NCBI GenBank assembly: GCA_965240325.2
Contig: OZ251238.1
Coordinates: 1,488,001 to 1,552,000 of the forward strand
Reading direction: 5' to 3'
Source: Rebecca billardiae RCC1528
Lineage: Eukaryota; Protista; Haptophyta
Length of the DNA: 64,000 nt
Within the stretch, counting starts at the first letter, position 1, and each line of letters opens with the position of its first letter. This document shows, in pieces, positions 53,912 through 64,000 of this stretch. The position numbers and the translations under genes are program-made. The notes beneath the pieces are model-generated. The model worked only from the letters and a program-made list of their open reading frames with translations, made no database searches and was not told where the DNA came from.

Positions 53912-56900
53912 TCACTCGGCAGCGGCCGGCGCCGCGCCCTCCCCGCCCGCCTCCCACCAGAGCGGCGGCGACGAGGGCAGCCGCGCCGTCAGCACCTGCC
54001 GACGCGCGCGCGCGCGAGGGCGGGCCGCACACGCGCGCACACCGCCGCGCGTGAGCTGCGCGAGGCGCCGCTTCGGGCGGCGAACGGCGCGCAGCCACGC
54101 CCGCACCGCCGCGAGCGCGCAGAGCTGCCGCGGCGCTCGCGCGCCGATCACCCGAGCTCGCGCGGAGATCGCGCGGAGATCGGCGCGAGATCGGCGCGAG
54201 ATCGGCGCGAGATCGGCGCGCGCACCTCCACCCCGGTCTCAGTCACCAGCAGCATGTGTTCGAACTGCGCGGAGGGCTTGCCGTCCGTGGTAACGGCCGT
54301 CCAGCCGTCGGGCCAGAGCTTGTCGCGCCACGAGCCCTACAGGGCGGGCGGGCGGGGCGGGGCGCGCGGGGCCCCGGGGCGGGTCAGCTCGAGCCGCGGC
54401 CGCGGTCGGCGTGCCGGGTGCGCCTCGAGATTGCGCGAGATTGCGCACCATGTTGATCATGGGCTCGATGGTGAAGCAGTGGCCCGCCTTCATCAGCCCC
54501 TTCGCCTTGTTCCCCGCGTAGTGCGGGATGGAGGGCGCGTGGTGGAACGTCTCGCCTGGACGGCAGCGGCACGCGCGCACACACGCGCACACACGCGCAC
54601 ACACGCGCACACGCGCACGCGCACACGCGCACGCACACACGCACGCACAGCAAGTGTGCGGGGGTACGGGGAGCGTCGACACGGGGGCGCGTGGGCACGG
54701 AGGGACGGCACGCGAGCCCACGTGGGCCCGCGTATATATCTCTCTACATGGGCGCACACGGCGGGCCCGGAGCCACGCGCCGCGCGCCGCGCACCGATGC
54801 CGTGCCCGCAGTACGTGCGGTCGACGGAGAAGCCGCACTTCTTGACGTGCGTGGCGATCACGTCGCCCACGTCGCGGTAGCGCGCGCCGGGGGCGCACAT
54901 CGCGATCGCCTGCGCGGGGCGGCGCGGTGGGGCCCGGTGGTGCGCCGTGGGGTGTGGTGGGCGGTGCCGCGGTGGGCGCGCGCGCGGGTGCCGCAGTGGG
55001 CGGGTGCCGCGGTGGGCGCGCAGTGCCGCAGTGGGCGCGGTGGTGCCGCAGTGGGCGCGCAGTGCCGCAGTGGGCGCGCAGTGCCGCAGTGGGCGCGCGG
55101 ACCTTCTGCAGCGCGTCGTGCGAGCACTTGACGAGCGCCTTCACGTCCGCGGGCACCGCGTCGCCCACGCAGAACGTCTCGTTCAGGTCGCCGTAGTAGC
55201 TGCGGCGCGGGGCGGATGCCGCGCGGCAGCGCCGCAGCGCGGTGGCTGTGATGAGTCGAGCTGAGGCGCGCGCGGCGCGGTGTCCGCGCACCGTGCGCGG
55301 GTTGACTGCCGAGCGCCGCGCGCCGCGCGCTCGGCACACCCGTCGAGGATGGCGGTGACGTCGACGTTGACGATGTCGCCGTTGCGCAGCTCGCGGTCGT
55401 CCGGGATGCCGTGGCACACGACCTCGTTCACCGAGGTGCACACCGACTGGGGGGTAGGGGAGGGGTAGGGTAGGGGGTAGGGTTGGCAGCCGCGCGCCCG
55501 CAGCCCTGCCGCCCCATGCGCGCGGCCATGGCACGCGCCACGCGCCCAGCCCTCCCCTCCGCCCGGCAGCCGCCGCTGCCGCTGCTGCTCCTGCCACTGC
55601 AGCTGCTGCTGCCACTGCTGCTGCTCAGCCGCCGCCTCCACAGCGGCCCTGCGCCTCGCGCCCCCTCCCCTCCGCACCGCCCCTCGACGCCGCCCCTCGC
55701 GCTGGTGAACCCACCCACCGCCCTAACCCTAACCCTAACCCTAACCCACCCACCTTCGGCAAGTTCCGTGTCAACCCTCACCCGAACCCTAAACCCGAGC
55801 CCGAACCCACCTTCGGGAAGTTGCGGTAGTTGAGCGGCGCGGGGTACGCGCCCGCCTCCACCGTCGCCTCGTGCACCACGCGGTCGAGTTCGTCTGTGGT
55901 CGCGCCCACGCGCACGGCCGCGTGCGCCTTGTCCAGAATCTCGCGGCCGAGGCGCGCGACCTTGCGCGCCTGCGCGGCGTGCGCGCGCGCGGGGGTGCGC
56001 GCGGCGCGCGTGAGCCGCAGCCGCGCCCTGTGCCACGCAGCGGCGGGCGGTGCGCCTCCCGCGCCTCCCGCGCGCGGCGGCCGCTCGGCGACGCGACGCG
56101 CCTTGGCCGCCTGCGCGGCGCTGAGGACCGGCGGCGTCATCTGGTGCGGAGATTCGATCTCGAAGCTGGGCACGCCCTCCTCCGACTCGGCGTAGTCCGG
56201 CACGTTGGGCGCGCACGACGGCGGGATCTGCGCGGCGGCGGCGGCGGCGGCGGCGGCCGGGAGGCGGGGCGGGGCGGGAAGGGCGCGCGCCGGGCGCGGC
56301 GGCGCGGCAGCGCTCAGCGCGCCGCCGCGGGCCGGCGGCGGCGGCGCGCACGCGCGGCGCGATGGTCGGCGGCGGCAGCGCGGGCGGCAGCGTCGGTAAG
56401 CGGCACGCGCGCGCACCGGCCGCCTGACCGACACGCGCCCCGGCCGCAGGGCGCCCGTCCACCCAAAGTTGGGCGGCCCGAGCGCGAACGAGCGGCCATT
56501 GTTCAGCGCGTACATCCACGGGCCGCGCTCCAGATCCGCTGGGTGGTCGGAGTGGAGGGTGCGGAGGAGCTCGGCGTGCGCGTGGACGGCGGTGCTCAGC
56601 TCGGACGCCACCACGATCGGCACGCCCGGCGCCGCCGCCCCTGACGCGCCGCCCTGCGCCGGCGCGGCGCGCGCGAGCGTTTCTGCCACCTCGTCCGCAC
56701 CCGCCCAGTCGGCCGCCATCGCGCGGAGCTCGGCGGGCGGGACGAGGGCGAGGCGCGTGGCGAGCGCCTTGAAGCGCTCGGCGGTGCTCTCCGCCTTCGC
56801 CTTGTGGCACACCAGCGCGAGCGTCGTCAGCACCTTCACCGGCGCGCGCAGCAGCAGCACCGCGTCGGCGGCCGCGCCGCGCTCGGCGCGCAGCGGCTCG

Positions 56901-57070
56901 ACGACGGCCGGGACGAAGCGCGGCCACGAGTGGAGGACGAGAAGGAGCTGGCGCGAGGCGGTCTCCGCCGCGGCGAGCTCCTTCCGCTGCTCCGCCTTGC
57001 TCAGCTTCGGCGGCGCCGCCGCGGGCGCCGAGCCCTCCGTCGCCTGCGACGTGGACGCCGAGTCCGCCAT
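53912..57070 (-). CDS. METAP1: Methionine aminopeptidase type 1, multi-exon
   Basis: [24 protein letters not shown]|[66 protein letters not shown]. Confidence 0.93.
55721..55808. repeat. Interstitial telomere-like repeats, (CCCTAA)4 plus degenerate units, within a METAP1 intron
   Basis: ccctaaccctaaccctaaccctaacc at 55721-55746. Confidence 0.85.
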
Positions 57071-57236
57071 GCTGGAGGAATCCCAGCACACGGGGCCGCG
57101 CGCGACTGTCCAGTGCCCAGCGCCGGGGGCGGCGCTTGGCTCCTGGCCGTTGCGAGGGCGGCTCTCCCGAGTGGCTTGCGCTCGGCTTGCACGGGAAGCA
57201 CCCGCGGCCGTTCAAAGGCGAGCGCGCGGCGCGGGG
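57071..57236. promoter_or_regulatory. Probable bidirectional promoter (METAP1 / IFT22)
   Basis: 166 bp between divergent start codons. Confidence 0.45.
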
Positions 57237-58315
57237 ATGGCGGACCCGCGCGCAAAGGTGATCGTGGTGGGCCCGTCCAAGGCGGGCAAGACGAGGTGCG
57301 CGCCCCCCGCCCCCGCCCCGCGCGCGCAGCGCAAGGCGACCGGCGGCGGCGGCGGCCGGGCGCCGACTTGGCTTTCGGTTTGGCGCCGCGACGCTCGCGC
57401 CCTTCCCCCCACGGCAGGCTGGCGAACCAGATCGCCGACTTTGAGAGCGAGCCGAACCTGGAGGCGTACACGCCCACCGTCGGCGTGCGCATCCTCGAGT
57501 TCGACCGCGAGATCTCGCACACCGCCAAGCGCGGCGGCCAGCACTCCGTCTCGCTCGGCGTTGAGCTCTGGGACACGTCCGGTGCGCCGCGCCGCGGGCT
57601 TAGGGGTGTAGGGTTGGGGGGTGTAGGGTTAGGGCGAGGGTGCTGCGCGTGCGCATGGGGCCCGCACACGCCGTCGGTTATAGACGGCGATGGCCCGCCC
57701 GCCCGCGCGCCCGCGCCAGCCCCCGCGCGCCGCCCGCCCGGCGCTGCGCCGCGCAGACGCGCGGGCCCCAACCGTTTCCGCGGCGCGGCCCGCCCCGCGC
57801 GCTGTGCGGCGGCAGGCGACAAGCAGTACGAGGCGTGCTGGCCCGCCATCCTCGCCGGCGTCTCCGGCGCCATCCTCGTCTTCGACCCGGACTCCCCCTC
57901 AGGTGAGAAGGAGGCGGTCCGCTGGTTTTCGGCGTTTTTGCAAAAGCTCGGGCTGAAGGACTCGCAGCTGCTGGTGCTGGCGCACCACAAGGCGGGCGAG
58001 GGCGGCGCGGGCGTGGACTCGCTCAAGCCGACGGCGCCACGTGCGCGCGTGCGCGCGCCCCGCCCGCGCGCCGCGCGCCCCACGCCGCCGCGCCCGGCGC
58101 GTGCCTCACTCGCCCGCGGACGCGCGCGCGACGCGCGCGCGCGCGCCCGGCGCCGTGGGCGAGCAGCGCGCGGGCTGCAGCAGTTCTCGCTGGTGGACAC
58201 GACGCTCGACTCGGCGGCGGGCGTGCGCGCCGTGCGGCAGGCGGTGGACGACTACCTCGCCAAGGTGGGCGCGATCGCGCTGGAGAAGCACGAGGCGGAG
58301 CTCGACAACCTCTGA
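57237..58315 (+). CDS. IFT22: Intraflagellar transport protein 22 (RABL5 small GTPase), 4 exons
   Basis: KVIVVGPSKAGKT, YTPTVGVRILEF, VELWDTS|GDKQYEACWPAI; no G4 NKxD, as typical for IFT22. Confidence 0.9.
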
Positions 58316-58656
58316 ACGAAAGACCAAGCAAATTAGCAAACTGGCTGCTTTTCCGCTTTTTGTGGGAGGAAATCAGAACAGGCCGGAGACTGATGCGACG
58401 AAGCGCTGTGAGGCTTTTGTACCCGGAAAGCACTCAGACTTGAATGAGCGCGCTCTGAAACATATATGGCGGAATCTGCTGTACGTTGGGACTTCAGCAG
58501 ATGTAGTCAAACTGTACCCGCATGACTCATAGTCCCCCACCAAACGGCAACGCCGAGCGGCCGGGTTTCGTCCGATGAGCGTCCGAGTCACCTCCACCCT
58601 CTCGCCGTGCATCAGATCAGCCCGTTGTGTGGCGCCACGCGCGCGCGCGAACGGTC

Positions 58657-59793
58657 ATGACGTCGCCAAGCGTGGGGCCAAAGGACGAGGCAGACGCGGT
58701 CGACGGGACGCCGCCGGACGTGACGGAGCGTGCTGCGTCGCCCGCTCCAACCGCACCCGCCGCCACGCCGCCGCCGCCGCCGCCCGCCGAGCCGAGCGCG
58801 CGCGGTGCATCCCCGTCGCCATCGTCGCCGCCGCCGCCGCCGCCCGGCGGCACGCGCGTCGCGCCCACGGCGCGCGGCGCCGCGGGCGCGGCGCTGGTCG
58901 GCGTGGCCGATCATCCACCGCCCTCCGCCGCCACGGCGGCGGAGGAAGCGGAGGAGGAGGGCGCGTGCTACATCTGCCTCGATGGCGCGGGCGCGGCGGG
59001 CTTCTTGGCGCAGCCGGCGTGCTGCTGCGGCGGCTCGCTGCGCGCGCACGCGGCGTGCTTCGAGCGCGACCTGCGCACCAACCTGCGCTCGTGCTGCCCC
59101 ACCTGCCGCTTCCCGTACCGCCAGCGGCACACGGTGCGCGCGCACTCGGCGTGCGAGCAGGCGGCGCGCTCGCTCGCGCGGCCCACCACCGCGGGCACGG
59201 CGGGTGCGATGGTGGCGGTGGCGGCGGTGCTGGTGTGCGGGCACGCGGCGCACGCGGCGTTCCCGACGGCGCTCGGCGCGCGCTTCGAGCTCTACCTCCG
59301 CCTGCTCTACCTCGGCGCCGGCCTCGCGCTCGCGCCCGCGCTCGCCTTCCTGACGCTCGCGTGCCTGGCGCAGCCGGTGGCGACGGCGTCGCTGGCGGTG
59401 CGCGCGCCGACCGCGGCGGAGGTGCGCGCGTGGGCGGAGGGGCGCGCGCCGGGCGAGGAGGAGGCGGAGGGCGCGGACGCGCTGCCCGTGCTCGCCACGC
59501 TCGAGCTGCCCGTCCCGCGCGAGCGCCGCGACAAGGGCGAGGACCTCGGCGCGCGCTCGCTGCTCGAGCTCGCCGCCGACGCCGACGCGCGCCGCGCCGC
59601 CGCCGGCGCGCGGCGCGGCGGCGCGGCGGCGCGCGGCGGCGCGGCGGGCGGCGTCGTGGGGCGAGACGTCGAGGCGGGCGGCGGCCGCATCGGGGCGGGC
59701 GCGTGGGTGGCGGGCGGCGCGCGCCGCGGCGGCGGCTGGCTCGGCTGGGCGCTGCGCGGCGGCGGCGGCACGCCGCGGCAGCCGCAGCCTTAG
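58657..59793 (+). CDS. RING-CH (RINGv, MARCH-like) membrane E3 ligase
   Basis: CYIC...CCCGGSLRAHAAC...CPTC (C4HC3) followed by two hydrophobic helices. Confidence 0.75.
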   Translation: MTSPSVGPKDEADAVDGTPPDVTERAASPAPTAPAATPPPPPPAEPSARGASPSPSSPPPPPPGGTRVAPTARGAAGAALVGVADHPPPSAATAAEEAEEEGACYICLDGAGAAGFLAQPACCCGGSLRAHAACFERDLRTNLRSCCPTCRFPYRQRHTVRAHSACEQAARSLARPTTAGTAGAMVAVAAVLVCGHAAHAAFPTALGARFELYLRLLYLGAGLALAPALAFLTLACLAQPVATASLAVRAPTAAEVRAWAEGRAPGEEEAEGADALPVLATLELPVPRERRDKGEDLGARSLLELAADADARRAAAGARRGGAAARGGAAGGVVGRDVEAGGGRIGAGAWVAGGARRGGGWLGWALRGGGGTPRQPQP

Positions 59794-59920
59794 GCGGGTG
59801 GGCTGGCAGCGTTCCCGTCAGTCGTCGTCACAGCAGTGTAGCCGCAGCAGCCGCAGCAGCCGCAGGCGCAGGCGGGTGGGCTGGCAGCGTTCCCGTCAGT
59901 CGTCGTCACAGCAGTGTAGC
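59792..59920. repeat. 51-bp direct repeat (period 78 bp) at the RING-CH stop codon
   Basis: AGGCGGGTGGGCTGGCAGCGTTCCCGTCAGTCGTCGTCACAGCAGTGTAGC at 59792 and 59870. Confidence 0.9.
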
Positions 59921-60231
59921 AGCAGCAGCATATCAGTAGCTGCTGCTGCTCCGTCCGGGATTCTCCGTCGCCGGCGAGGCGCGACTGATCTAGCGCGCTC
60001 TAATCGCATCCTCATCGTCATCATCATCAATAACATGTCATCAGCGCTGCTGTCGGCCGGAGCAGTCAACCGTCGCCACACAGACATGGCGGTAGCAGCG
60101 TTGTAGTCCGGTCCCCGGGTCCCGCGGCCGCGGGGCCTCTGGCCGTCTGCTGCGCAGTGCCCGCGCTGGGGCACGGCGTAGCCGTATACAGCTTGCTGCT
60201 GCTGAGGGCTGCTGCCGCTGCTGCGCGCTCC

Positions 60232-61854
60232 TCAGAGCAGCGCCAGCGCCTCGCTCTGCTTGTCCGCCTTGGCGCGCAGCAGCACGGCGGCTGCGCCCAG
60301 CCGGCCCAGCCAGCACACGCCAAGCAGACACGCGGCGCCCACCAGCAAGCCGGCGGGCTGCGCGGCGCGCCAGGGCGACGGCGCGCCGAGCGCGGCGGCG
60401 CCGAGCGCGAGCTCGACCGCCGCCGTCCACACGACGATGCGCGCCTCGCCGCGCGCGCTGGTGTCGCCCTGCAGCACCACAAGGGGCGTGGCCGCGTAGA
60501 GGAGGAAGGAGTAGACCACGGCACTGACCCACGCCCCACACCCGCTGTCGTCCTTCAGCGCGAAGCGCGCGAGGGCGACGAGCACGGCGAACGCGCCGAG
60601 CAGCGGCGGCGCCAGCCAGTTGCCGAAAGCGCAGCCGAACAGCGCGATCGGCAGCGCGCGGCTCACCACGCCGAGCGGACCGAGCGCGCGCGCCGCCCAC
60701 ACCGCGCCGCCGCCGCCCCCCCCGCTGCCGTCGCGCGCGCCGGGGTAGTTTGCGACGCGCATATCGTTGGCGTGGACGTCGGCGAGCACGAGGCTCATGC
60801 CCGCGACGGAGACGGCGAGCGAGACCCACGACAGCGCCGACGCGCGCCCCGCGCCCAGCCACAGCAGCACGTACCCCTGCACGAACACCTGCGGCGCCGC
60901 CTCGAGCGCCACCTCAAACTGCTTGAGGTAGAGCACCTCCGCTGCCTCACCTGGGTCGACGTGATTGCCGCGCCACACGCGCAGCACCGCCGCGTGCACG
61001 GCGCCGAGCTGCAGCACGCTCGTCACGGCCGCGCCGGCGCTCTCGTTGCAGCTCGGGGCCCTGCCAATGATCCTGTTGACCCCATCCACGCCCAACGCGC
61101 CGATGCCGAGCGCCGCCAGCGTGTTCAGCCCGACGCAGCCGAGCGCGATCGCCGCCCAGCCGTGGTGGCCGCAGCGGTACCACTCGGTCGCGAGCAGCAC
61201 GTCCGTCACGCCGTCGGTGGTTGCGAGCAGCGCGCCGCCGAGCATCAACGCCGCCTTCTTCGTCTCGTCCCGCTTGGCGGGCAGCCGCATCACCAGCCAG
61301 CCCATGGCCATGGCGCCCGCCGCGGCCAGGAGCACCACCGCCGCAAGGCCGAGCTTCTCGAGCACCGTCTCGGGCGAGCGGAGGAAGTGCTTGTCCTCGC
61401 GGCCGATGCGCTGGAGGCACAGCGCCGTCTCCAGCCGCTCGTCCTGCGCCTCGGGCTCGCCCGCATCGCCCTCCGTCGGCAGCGTCTCGTCTGCAGCCGC
61501 GGGGGCGCTCGGCTCGCGCGCCGTGCGATTGGGCGGCGGCGGCGGCGCAGGCGCGGCCGCGTGCTCGGTGGTGTTGTCTGACGTCATCGCGTCGTCTTGG
61601 GGCGTGGAGGCAGCCGTCGCGTTCGTCTCGCACGCGCCGCCGTCGCACGCCGCCGCCGCAGTGCCGTCGTGCAGCTCGTCAGCCGCGGCCGCCGCGAGCA
61701 GGGCGCGCGCTCGCGCGTGACGCGTGTGCGCCGAGCGCGCAGCCGCCGCATCGCCGAGCGGCAGGGCGAGGAGCGGCGCGGGCACGCACGCGAGCGCGAG
61801 CGCGAGCAGCGGGGCCACGCGTGCAGCCGAGATGCGCGAGGTGCCGAGGGCCAT
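60232..61854 (-). CDS. XK-related (Xkr scramblase-like) multi-pass membrane protein
   Basis: TDGVTDVLLATEWY and FEVALEAAPQVFVQGY (ExxPQ motif); about 8-10 hydrophobic segments. Confidence 0.7.
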   Translation of the reverse strand: MALGTSRISAARVAPLLALALACVPAPLLALPLGDAAAARSAHTRHARARALLAAAAADELHDGTAAAACDGGACETNATAASTPQDDAMTSDNTTEHAAAPAPPPPPNRTAREPSAPAAADETLPTEGDAGEPEAQDERLETALCLQRIGREDKHFLRSPETVLEKLGLAAVVLLAAAGAMAMGWLVMRLPAKRDETKKAALMLGGALLATTDGVTDVLLATEWYRCGHHGWAAIALGCVGLNTLAALGIGALGVDGVNRIIGRAPSCNESAGAAVTSVLQLGAVHAAVLRVWRGNHVDPGEAAEVLYLKQFEVALEAAPQVFVQGYVLLWLGAGRASALSWVSLAVSVAGMSLVLADVHANDMRVANYPGARDGSGGGGGGAVWAARALGPLGVVSRALPIALFGCAFGNWLAPPLLGAFAVLVALARFALKDDSGCGAWVSAVVYSFLLYAATPLVVLQGDTSARGEARIVVWTAAVELALGAAALGAPSPWRAAQPAGLLVGAACLLGVCWLGRLGAAAVLLRAKADKQSEALALL

Positions 61855-62564
61855 GCGTGCGCGGGGCGAGGAGGTGTTGATGACGTGCGGCCGGATGGCT
61901 TCAAGGACGTGATGACGCTTCGGAGAATCGGAGCACGCGAGGCTCGTCATTGATGAAGAGGCGCCGACGCGTTCGAGATGCGCTGCACTCGCGCTCGCAT
62001 CAATTCATTCATTCTCGAGGAGAATCCGCGTCGCACCCCAATCACAGTCCGGCCCGGCCCGGACCACCACACCATTGGCGGCCCCATCCATGGCAGACTG
62101 CGCGGCGCAGACACGCCCAGGCGGCTATGCTCGGAGCAAGGGCCGTGGTCATCACCGCCATCACGGCATCGCGGCAGCGTGCGCGTCGGAGTCGGGTGCT
62201 CTATGATGTGTGCGCACACATACACACGGACGAGTACGCCAGCGCCACCGTCTCGTCAGGCCGCGTTGCTGACTGCCGTGTGAGCGCGCAGCGACCAGGC
62301 GCGGGCAGGCGTTGCTGCAGGCGAGGCGCGGCGGCCGCGCGCGCCTTCTCGCCCCGCCGCCTAAGCGCACGATGCGCCGCCGCGCATTGCCTGGAATCAG
62401 ATGGCGGCTGCTGCTCCGTTGCGGCGCGCCTGGCATCAGCGCGCCGCCCTCAGCCGCGCGGCGCGTGGCGGCGCGCACGGGCCGCTGGAGCGTCCACAGT
62501 GCCGCCCGCGTGCGCAGAGGGCGCGCGCGCTGGCCCTCGTCGTCGGCGAGGAAGGAGGCACGCG

Positions 62565-64000
62565 TCACCGCCGTCTCCTGCGTCGCTTGGCGCGGCCATC
62601 GCCGTCGAAGCCTGCCGCGGCTGCCGCCGCCGCCGCTGCTGCGGGGAGGGGCCCCCGGCCGGGCGCGTGGCGGCGCGGCTTGGCGGGCCGGCGGCGCGGC
62701 TTGGCGCGCGGCGGTCGGACGCGCGGCGTGGCGGGTGCGCAGAGCACGCTCTCGAACCAGCCCTCGCGCACGCCACCGCCGAACCCGCCCTCCTCATCCG
62801 CGCCACCACCGCCGCCGCCGCCGGCGCTCAGCGCGCCGCGCAGCAGCGCGCGCGCGCGCCACCACTCCTGGGCAAGCGCCGCCCAGCGCTGCGGCGTGAG
62901 CGAGCGCGCGAGATTGGGCGCGAGATCGCGGCCATCTCCGTCGGCGAGATTGCGCGCGCCGCCGGCCGCGGCGGGGTCGGCGACGTGCGGCGGTGGGCGC
63001 AGCGCCGCGTCGGACGGCGGGCCCGCCGTGCCCGCTAGCACCGACGCGTCGGCGTCGGTGACGCGCGCCGGCGGCGCGTGCACGCACACGCTCGCGGGCG
63101 CGCCGCGCGACGCGTCGGCCTTGGCGCGCCCCCGCCGCCGGCGCCGCGTCGCCGCCACGCCGCCGGCGCCGCCGTCGCCGTCGTGCGCGGGCGCGGCCAG
63201 GGCGAGGCGGAGCAGCGCCCACTCGAAGAAGCCGAGCAGCACCGCCGCGTGCCCGGACCCCGCCGCGCCGCTCCCGCCGCCGCTCCGCAGGAACGAGATT
63301 GCGATCACGCCGTGCGAGATCGAGCCGAGATTGCCCCGCGACGCGTCGCTCAGCCGGCGGCGGCGCGCCCACAGCTTGAGCGCGCGCAGCAGCGGCGCGG
63401 CGCGCGCGTCCGCCGCCACGGCCGCGCGCAGCAGCGCCACGTGCGCCATCGACGCGGCCGGTCCGGCGCTCCGATCCGGAAACACGGCAACGTCCACCGG
63501 GATGGCGAGGGCGGCGCCGCTCCCGGACTCTGGCGTGCCGGACCGCCCGGACTCGGGCGCGCCGGAGCCGGACCGGGCGGCGGCAGCCGCGCTGTGCTGC
63601 TGCCGCCGCCGGCGGCGTGCCGTGCTGCCGCTGTGCTGCTGCGCCGCGCCCGCTGGCGGATGGCCGCCGCCGCCGCGCTCGGCGCCGCCCGCCCCTGCGG
63701 CTGCGGCTGTAGCGGCCGAGACCTCCGAATCTGATGATGACGCCGGCCGAGCCGGTCGCCGCTCTGCGGCCGTGCCGCGCGCGAGGGCGGCTGTGTCCAC
63801 CGTGGCGACGAGCTTGAGGATGGGCACGCGCGCGCGGGCGAGCGGGAGCAGGGCGTGCACGGAGACCGCCGCGCCGAGCGCGGCGCCGCCGTCCGCTCCG
63901 AGGCGCGCCGCCAGCTGCCCGACGGCGCTGCCCGGCCGCGGCACGCGCGTGCGGCGCGCGCCGCGCGCGCCGCGCGCGCCGCCGGCCGCCGACGCGTCGG
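62565..64000 (-). CDS. Non-canonical poly(A) polymerase / terminal uridylyltransferase-like protein, 5' part outside the window
   Basis: ARVPILKL, VDVAV, PLLRALKLWARRR.L.DASRG.LGS, LLGFFEW, VADP...RNLA. Confidence 0.75.
   Translation of the reverse strand, partial: DASAAGGARGARGARRTRVPRPGSAVGQLAARLGADGGAALGAAVSVHALLPLARARVPILKLVATVDTAALARGTAAERRPARPASSSDSEVSAATAAAAGAGGAERGGGGHPPAGAAQQHSGSTARRRRRQQHSAAAAARSGSGAPESGRSGTPESGSGAALAIPVDVAVFPDRSAGPAASMAHVALLRAAVAADARAAPLLRALKLWARRRRLSDASRGNLGSISHGVIAISFLRSGGGSGAAGSGHAAVLLGFFEWALLRLALAAPAHDGDGGAGGVAATRRRRRGRAKADASRGAPASVCVHAPPARVTDADASVLAGTAGPPSDAALRPPPHVADPAAAGGARNLADGDGRDLAPNLARSLTPQRWAALAQEWWRARALLRGALSAGGGGGGGADEEGGFGGGVREGWFESVLCAPATPRVRPPRAKPRRRPAKPRRHAPGRGPLPAAAAAAAAAAGFDGDGRAKRRRRRR

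Noticed and set aside
1-64000. tRNA, rRNA or snoRNA genes
   Set aside because: No convincing cloverleaf, rRNA segment or paired C/D boxes found by eye; a covariance-model scan is needed to exclude them.

Overview
Very GC-rich, intron-containing eukaryotic genomic DNA. GTGCG...CGCAG introns, a GC-AG intron, TTAGGG-type repeats, a plastid fibrillin with a signal peptide and ciliary genes are consistent with a flagellated alga with a secondary plastid, such as a haptophyte (inference). Host genes in order: STPG1-like SHIPPO-repeat protein, Ser-Pro extensin-like/LRR membrane protein, CBP/p300 acetyltransferase, PAP/fibrillin, phage-type organellar RNA polymerase, SPOUT1, an MBOAT acyltransferase, METAP1, IFT22, a RING-CH ligase, an XK-family protein and a partial TUTase/PAP-like nucleotidyltransferase. 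Mobile DNA: two full-length Ty1/copia elements with apparently identical LTRs and 5-bp TSDs (12284-19651, 36538-44329); a ~14.3 kb DNA transposon with 21-bp TIRs (34599-48952) encoding a P-superfamily transposase plus a convergent second ORF, with the second copia nested between them; and a short TA-flanked repeat family. Best candidates for new biology: (1) the two-gene P-like transposon, whose second ORF appears to carry the C-terminal domain missing from the transposase; (2) copia elements lacking the integrase HHCC motif and a canonical PBS, one with a -1 slippery site after the protease and one with a MYND-like finger; (3) complementary 12-mer arrays in two CBP introns flanking an in-frame catalytic exon. 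All protein assignments come from motif recognition by eye, with no database searches.
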